NCBI GenBank assembly: GCA_044344255.1
Contig: JBIJDH010000007.1
Coordinates: forward strand, 160,001-224,000
Reading direction: 5' to 3'
DNA length: 64,000 nucleotides
From: Myxococcota bacterium
GTDB taxonomy: Bacteria > Myxococcota_A > UBA796 > UBA2385
Shown: piece after piece, positions 59,223 to 64,000 of the stretch
How the letters are laid out: every line of letters begins with the position of its first letter
Position numbering within the stretch: the stretch's first letter is position 1
Made by a program: the position numbers and the translations under genes
Notes under the pieces: model-generated
Databases searched by the model: none
Seen by the model: only the letters and a program-made list of their open reading frames with translations
What the model was told of the DNA's origin: nothing

Positions 59223-60562
59223 ACGTCCAGGCGGTATCGGAAGAGCTCGCTCGGGAGCTGAATGCCCACCATCGCGAGGCGACCCATGAACTTGGGCCGG
59301 ACGCCGGAGGACAAGAAGGCGCCGCGCACCTTGCCCTCGTCATCCACCGTCTTCTGATTGAAGGTGAAGATGTCCTGCGTCGTGATGACCGAACCCTCCA
59401 TGCCGGTGATCTCGGTGAAGGCGAGGACGCGGCGGGAGCCGTCGGAGAGGCGGTCGAGCTGGATGATGCCGTCGAGGGCGCGGGCGATCATCTCGCGGAT
59501 GTTCTTGTCGCCGAGGTTCGGCATCCCCATCCCGATCATGGTCTCGAGGCGGGCGAGAGCGTCGCGGGTAGAGTTGGCGTGAACGGTGGCCAGCGAACCT
59601 TCATGGCCGGTGTTCATCGCCTGGAGCATGTCGATGGCCTCGGCGCCGCGGATCTCACCGAGGATGATGCGGTCGGGGCGCATGCGGAGGGCGTTCTTGA
59701 CGAGATCCCGGGCGGTGACCTCGCCCCGCCCCTCGAGGTTGGCCGGGCGGGTCTCCAGGCGGACGACGTGAGCGCCTTGGAGCTGGAGCTCGGCGGCGTC
59801 CTCGATGGTCAGCACGCGCTCGCCGCTGGGCACGCTGTTCGACAGCACGTTCAGCATCGTCGTCTTGCCGGAGCCGGTGCCCCCGCTGATGAGGATGTTG
59901 AGCTTGGCCTTCACGCAGGCCTTGAGCAGGTCCATCAAGGGCGCGGGGCAGGACCCATACGCGACGAGGTCGTCGGCGGTGATGGGCACGGTGCCGAAGC
60001 GGCGAATGGAGACCGTCGGGCCGTCGAGCGCCAGGGGCGGGATGATGGCGTTGAAGCGGCTCCCGTCTTGGAGACGGGCGTCCACCATCGGGTTGGTCTC
60101 GTCGATACGACGACCGACCGCGCTGACGATGCGATCGATGATCTGCATGAGGTGCGCGGAGCTGTTGAAGCGCACATCCGACTTCTGTAGCTTGCCCTTC
60201 CGCTCTACGTAGACCGTCTCATGGCCGTTGATCAGGATGTCCGAGATCTCGGGATCGCGGAGCAGGGGCTCGAGGGGGCCGAGCCCCATGATCTCGTCGA
60301 GGATCTCCTCGACGAGCCGCTCCCGCTCGAGGCGGTTGAGGGGGAGCTGCCGCGCCTCGACGGTGTCCGAGAGCGTGTTCCGGAGCCGGCTGGCGAGCTC
60401 CTCCCGGGGTGTGCGACCGACCTGCTCGAAGTCCAACGACTCGATCAGCTCGCGGTGGAGCTGGTTCTTGATGCGGTCGAACTCGACAGAGTCCGTCGGC
60501 ATCCCCGCCTTCAGGGGCTGGTGGGCCCTGCGGACGCGGTCGATCAGGCGAGAGGGCGTCAT
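59219..60562 (-). CDS. tadA: Tad pilus assembly ATPase TadA/CpaF
   Basis: [49 protein letters not shown]. Confidence 0.96.
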   Translation of the reverse strand: MTPSRLIDRVRRAHQPLKAGMPTDSVEFDRIKNQLHRELIESLDFEQVGRTPREELASRLRNTLSDTVEARQLPLNRLERERLVEEILDEIMGLGPLEPLLRDPEISDILINGHETVYVERKGKLQKSDVRFNSSAHLMQIIDRIVSAVGRRIDETNPMVDARLQDGSRFNAIIPPLALDGPTVSIRRFGTVPITADDLVAYGSCPAPLMDLLKACVKAKLNILISGGTGSGKTTMLNVLSNSVPSGERVLTIEDAAELQLQGAHVVRLETRPANLEGRGEVTARDLVKNALRMRPDRIILGEIRGAEAIDMLQAMNTGHEGSLATVHANSTRDALARLETMIGMGMPNLGDKNIREMIARALDGIIQLDRLSDGSRRVLAFTEITGMEGSVITTQDIFTFNQKTVDDEGKVRGAFLSSGVRPKFMGRLAMVGIQLPSELFRYRLDV

Positions 60563-60608
60563 CCGTGGCGTTTCCAGGTGGAGGGTGCGTCAGGTCAGGC
60601 GGTTCGGA

Positions 60609-61787
60609 CTACTTCTTGAACAGGTGCCAGAAGGGCTTCGAGCCGCCTCCGGTCTCCACCTTCGCGGCTCGCTCGGTGACCAGCGGGACCGTGGCTTGGA
60701 TGTCCAGGCAGGCCGGGGAGCGACGATCGATGTCGCGCAGCAGCTTGCCGACGTTCGCCGCCTTGTTGCAGGTGGCGTGGTCAGACGTGATGGTCGCGGC
60801 CACCTCGATGCCGAGGTTCGACTCGATGTCCTTGAGGTTGAGCTCTGCGCCCTTACCCCATTGGTTGATGATGAGGCGGATGGCGTCCTTCTCGAGGCCG
60901 AGGCGCTCCAGCATCTGGAGGCGGCGCCAGCAGTTCTTCACCGCGACGACGGTGGGCGTGCAGACGAGCAGCACCACGTCGGCCACGGTGGTGGCGATGA
61001 GGGTCGCCTCGTCGATGCGCCCCCCGCAGTCCACGATGACGTACTGGTAGGCGTCGGCGGTGGCGGTGAGGACCTGGAGGATGTCCTCGCCGCGGATCTC
61101 GTCCTTCTCGTTGATCTCATTCGGCTGCGAGAGCACGTGCACCTTGGAGGGATGCACCGCCACCGAGCCGTTGAGCATCCGCTCGTCGAGCCGGGCCAGG
61201 TTGCGCAGCACGTCGTGAATCGAGCTCTGCGGGCGCAGGTCGAGGTAGACGGCGACGTCTCCCATCGAGAAGTCGAGGTCGACCACGCACACCCGCTCGA
61301 CGGCCGAGAGCTCGGCGGCGAGGTTGATTGCGTAGGTCGTGACGCCAGCGCCGCCCTTGGTGCCGAGCACCGCGATGACCTTGCCCTGGTCGTCATCTTC
61401 GGAGGTATAGGCCGAGTCGTGGACCGCCCGCCGGAGCAGCTCTCCGTCTTCGGGCAAGACGACGTACTCGCGGTAGCCGGCGCGCATCGCCGAGCGGATC
61501 CGCTCGGGATCGGGCTTCTCCGAGATGGCGACCATGTGGAGGCCGTTGACCTCTACGGAGAGCGCTTGACCGAGGCGGACGGCCTCTTCGTAGTTGGCGT
61601 CGAAGCCCATCACCAGCACGTTGGGGCGGGTCTTCCGCACCACCTGCATGGCGTCTTCGTATGACGTCGAGTTGGTCGGGAGCACCGCCTCGGTGCCGAG
61701 GCAGTCCCGAATCAACCCCATCCCCTTGCTGGACACGCCGACCACGACGATGGAGGCGGCGCCTCGGGTCAGCCTTCCTGTTCGCAT
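60609..61787 (-). CDS. cpaE: TadZ/CpaE-like protein (REC-like + MinD-type ATPase)
   Basis: N-terminal REC-like ...AMRAG; deviant Walker A GTKGGAGVTT; VDLD; IVDCG. Confidence 0.88.
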   Translation of the reverse strand: MRTGRLTRGAASIVVVGVSSKGMGLIRDCLGTEAVLPTNSTSYEDAMQVVRKTRPNVLVMGFDANYEEAVRLGQALSVEVNGLHMVAISEKPDPERIRSAMRAGYREYVVLPEDGELLRRAVHDSAYTSEDDDQGKVIAVLGTKGGAGVTTYAINLAAELSAVERVCVVDLDFSMGDVAVYLDLRPQSSIHDVLRNLARLDERMLNGSVAVHPSKVHVLSQPNEINEKDEIRGEDILQVLTATADAYQYVIVDCGGRIDEATLIATTVADVVLLVCTPTVVAVKNCWRRLQMLERLGLEKDAIRLIINQWGKGAELNLKDIESNLGIEVAATITSDHATCNKAANVGKLLRDIDRRSPACLDIQATVPLVTERAAKVETGGGSKPFWHLFKK

Positions 61788-61823
61788 CTGCTCAATTCCT
61801 CCAAGGTGATGGCCCTGAAGGGC

Positions 61824-63245
61824 TCATCGTGCGAGTCCGACCGGGCCCGTGGGCTGAGCTGCCTGGGAGCCGACCCGGTGGTCGAGCCCGAGCAGGAACA
61901 GCTCAAAGTCGTTCGGGTTGTTGTCCTCCGTTGTCCCCGGAGCGGCCGGCACCTCGCCAGCGGCCATGGGCCGAACGAGGCGCGGCGTGACGAAGATCAT
62001 CAGCTCGTCTTCCGTGCGCCTGTGCTGGACGTATCGAAAGAGGGCGCCGAGCACCGGGATGTCGCCGAGCACCGGCACCTTGGCGTACGTGGCCCGCATG
62101 CTCTCGTGCATCATGCCGGCCATGGCGAAGGTCTTGCCGCTCTCGACGCGCAGGTGAGACTGGGACTTTCGAGAGATGAAGCCGGGGATCTCGATGCCCG
62201 TGAGGCGGATCGAGGTGGCGGCGTCTACATCGCTGACCTCGACGTACACCCGCATGTCCACGACGTCGCCGCCGAGCACGGTGGGCACGAAGACCAGCTT
62301 GACGCCGTACTCCTTGAACTCGATGGTGATGCGGCTGCCGAACTGGGCGACGGGGATGGGGATCTCACCGCCGGCCAGGAATTCGGCCTGCTGGCCGGAG
62401 AGGGCCACCAGCGTCGGCCGCGCGAGGATCTTCGAGATGCTGTTCTGCTCCAGAACGGAGAGGATCGCGCTCACGTTGATGGGCTGGCCGATCACGCCGA
62501 GCAGGTTGAAGGTGCCCGACGAGGGAGAAGGCATCGAGCCGTCCCCGTTGACGTAGCCGTTCAAGCTGGGGTTCCCGATGGTCGTCGAGTAGGTCAGGTT
62601 CGGGCCCTGGAGACCGGCAGCCAGGGGCTGGGCCTGGCCGTTGTAGGTGAAGACCGGGTTGGTGCCGCTGCCCCAGAGGGTGTTGAGGCCCATCTCGCGC
62701 AGCGCCGTGCGGTTCACCTCGGCGAAGACCACCTCCAGCTGGATCTGGTGGTCGCCCGTCACGTTCATCAGGTTGACGAACTCGGGATCGTAGATCTTGG
62801 CGAGATCGCTGATCTGCTCCAAGGTCTGGACGCTGTTCACCGGGCCGTCCACCGCGATGCGATCGACGAGGGGGTACACCTTCGGGGCCTGGCCGGCGGT
62901 GATCTGGTCGAGGCGCCGCACGAGGCCCGAGAGATCCCGGTGGACGGTGAGCTCGAAGTTCGCCGGGTGAGCCATGTCGTCGCGGTACCAGACCCAGAGG
63001 TCGGTCGAGCCGACCTCGAGGCCGCGCACCTGGAACTGGTCCTGGTCGAGGAGCTTGAGCTCGGCGACCTTGTCGTCGCTGATCAACACCCGACCGATGC
63101 TTCGGTCCTGGCGGAAGATCACCGACTGTCCAACCTCGACGTCCATCCACGGCGTCTTGGTGGCGTCTTCGGCCCACGCGGAGGCGGGGGAGAGCGCGCC
63201 GAGCAGCAGCCCGGTGAGGGGGAGGAATTGGTTTCTGAGGTGCAT
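61824..63245 (-). CDS. rcpA: Tad secretin RcpA/CpaC
   Basis: Signal peptide; LSGQQAEFLAGGEIPIP; KEYGV.L.F.P; KVP.LGDIP.LGALF; IFVTP. Confidence 0.93.
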   Translation of the reverse strand: MHLRNQFLPLTGLLLGALSPASAWAEDATKTPWMDVEVGQSVIFRQDRSIGRVLISDDKVAELKLLDQDQFQVRGLEVGSTDLWVWYRDDMAHPANFELTVHRDLSGLVRRLDQITAGQAPKVYPLVDRIAVDGPVNSVQTLEQISDLAKIYDPEFVNLMNVTGDHQIQLEVVFAEVNRTALREMGLNTLWGSGTNPVFTYNGQAQPLAAGLQGPNLTYSTTIGNPSLNGYVNGDGSMPSPSSGTFNLLGVIGQPINVSAILSVLEQNSISKILARPTLVALSGQQAEFLAGGEIPIPVAQFGSRITIEFKEYGVKLVFVPTVLGGDVVDMRVYVEVSDVDAATSIRLTGIEIPGFISRKSQSHLRVESGKTFAMAGMMHESMRATYAKVPVLGDIPVLGALFRYVQHRRTEDELMIFVTPRLVRPMAAGEVPAAPGTTEDNNPNDFELFLLGLDHRVGSQAAQPTGPVGLAR

Positions 63246-63304
63246 CCGAATCTGCTCCAGCCCGTTCGGGCAAATCCAATCGCTCGGTTGCGCTGAGCCG
63301 GGGC

Positions 63305-64000
63305 TCAGCGGCGGCGGCCGCCCTGCTCTTCCACCTTCTGCCCGCTCGCGTCCAGCTCAATGGTGCTCGAGGTCGACCCCTGGATCACCTCCGCGGACAG
63401 CCCCTTCGGGGTCTCCGGCGGGGGCCTCGTGGTCTTCGCCGGCACGGTGACGATGGTCGCGGTCTTGGCCGGATCGTCAGCGAAGCCGAGGATCTCACGG
63501 GTGGTCATGAAGCGGCTGTCGCTGCTCTCGGCCGTGAGGTTGTCATTGTCGCTGCGCAGCACGAGGTGGACGTCCCCACGGGAGGCGGAGAGGGCGAGGC
63601 GCTCGGCGTCCTCGGGGGTCACCTGAAGCGTGACGGAGGGCTTGGTGCGCTTGGTGGACTTCCGTGCGGCCGGGCCCTGCTTGGGGGCCGCCTCCTTGTC
63701 CTCCGCCTCGCCCTTCTTGCCCTTGGCCTGCCCCTTGGTACCCTTCTTCACCGCATCGGTGATCTGGCTGCTGGTGGTGCCGCCGTCGAGCAGATCGCCC
63801 ACCGCCAGCACGGTCACGTCCTGGAGGATGGTCTCGGTCACCCACTTCGCCTCGGTGAAGCGCTCGTCCGGCTTGATGGTGACGATGACATCGACGCGGT
63901 TGCCGGGGACGAGGAAGCCGGCGAGGCTCGACTGCGTGCCGACCTCGATGGTCATGGCCCGCATTCCGGGCTTGATGAGCGCGTTGAGGCCTCCGCCGAA
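63305..64000 (-). CDS. cpaB: Flp pilus assembly protein RcpC/CpaB (5' part outside the window)
   Basis: PGMRAMTI...AGFLVPGNRVDVI...TILQDV.VLAV...VTLQVTPEDAE.L.L....G...LVLR. Confidence 0.9.
   Translation of the reverse strand, partial: FGGGLNALIKPGMRAMTIEVGTQSSLAGFLVPGNRVDVIVTIKPDERFTEAKWVTETILQDVTVLAVGDLLDGGTTSSQITDAVKKGTKGQAKGKKGEAEDKEAAPKQGPAARKSTKRTKPSVTLQVTPEDAERLALSASRGDVHLVLRSDNDNLTAESSDSRFMTTREILGFADDPAKTATIVTVPAKTTRPPPETPKGLSAEVIQGSTSSTIELDASGQKVEEQGGRRR

Noticed and set aside
56248..64000. Calling the Tad locus a Kil predation system
   Set aside because: No FHA-domain genes or FHA-fused ATPase are visible in the window; the cpaE/tadD layout looks like a canonical Tad locus

Overview
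High-GC bacterial chromosomal window, about 52 protein-coding genes, with no rRNA, tRNA, CRISPR array or transposase that I could recognise. The gene content suggests a Myxococcota/deltaproteobacterial-type organism (inference): a Ser/Thr kinase, zinc-ribbon/GYF-like/TPR membrane proteins, Asp/Cys-rich 'DGDG..DCDD' repeat lipoproteins, and a stand-alone spirochete/delta-type EF-G. Housekeeping genes are an rlmD-like methyltransferase, fusA, glmU, uvrD/pcrA, a NUDIX hydrolase and a nitrilase. The right end carries a Tad/Flp pilus locus (cpaB, secretin, tadZ, tadA, tadB, tadC, tadD, then tadG and two tadE-like genes). It is interrupted by a histidine kinase, a GAFTGA-less NtrC-like regulator and a flippase-like gene. 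The most notable observations are: (1) an unannotated Rdx/SelW-family selenoprotein with an in-frame UGA in a CxxU motif, a SECIS-like hairpin and its own promoter; (2) an RpoE-ChrR pair preceded by a lipoprotein of four tandem His-motif domains, with an ECF11-type TGATC-N17-CGTA promoter in front of it; (3) a RecA/KaiC-like ATPase fused to a SLOG-like domain directly behind fusA; (4) a 4-hydroxybenzoyl-CoA-reductase-like molybdoenzyme with fused FeS and Mo subunits; (5) a ManC whose transferase half appears inactivated; (6) a lipoprotein gene split by a single-base frameshift. All family calls come from motif recognition by eye, not from database searches.
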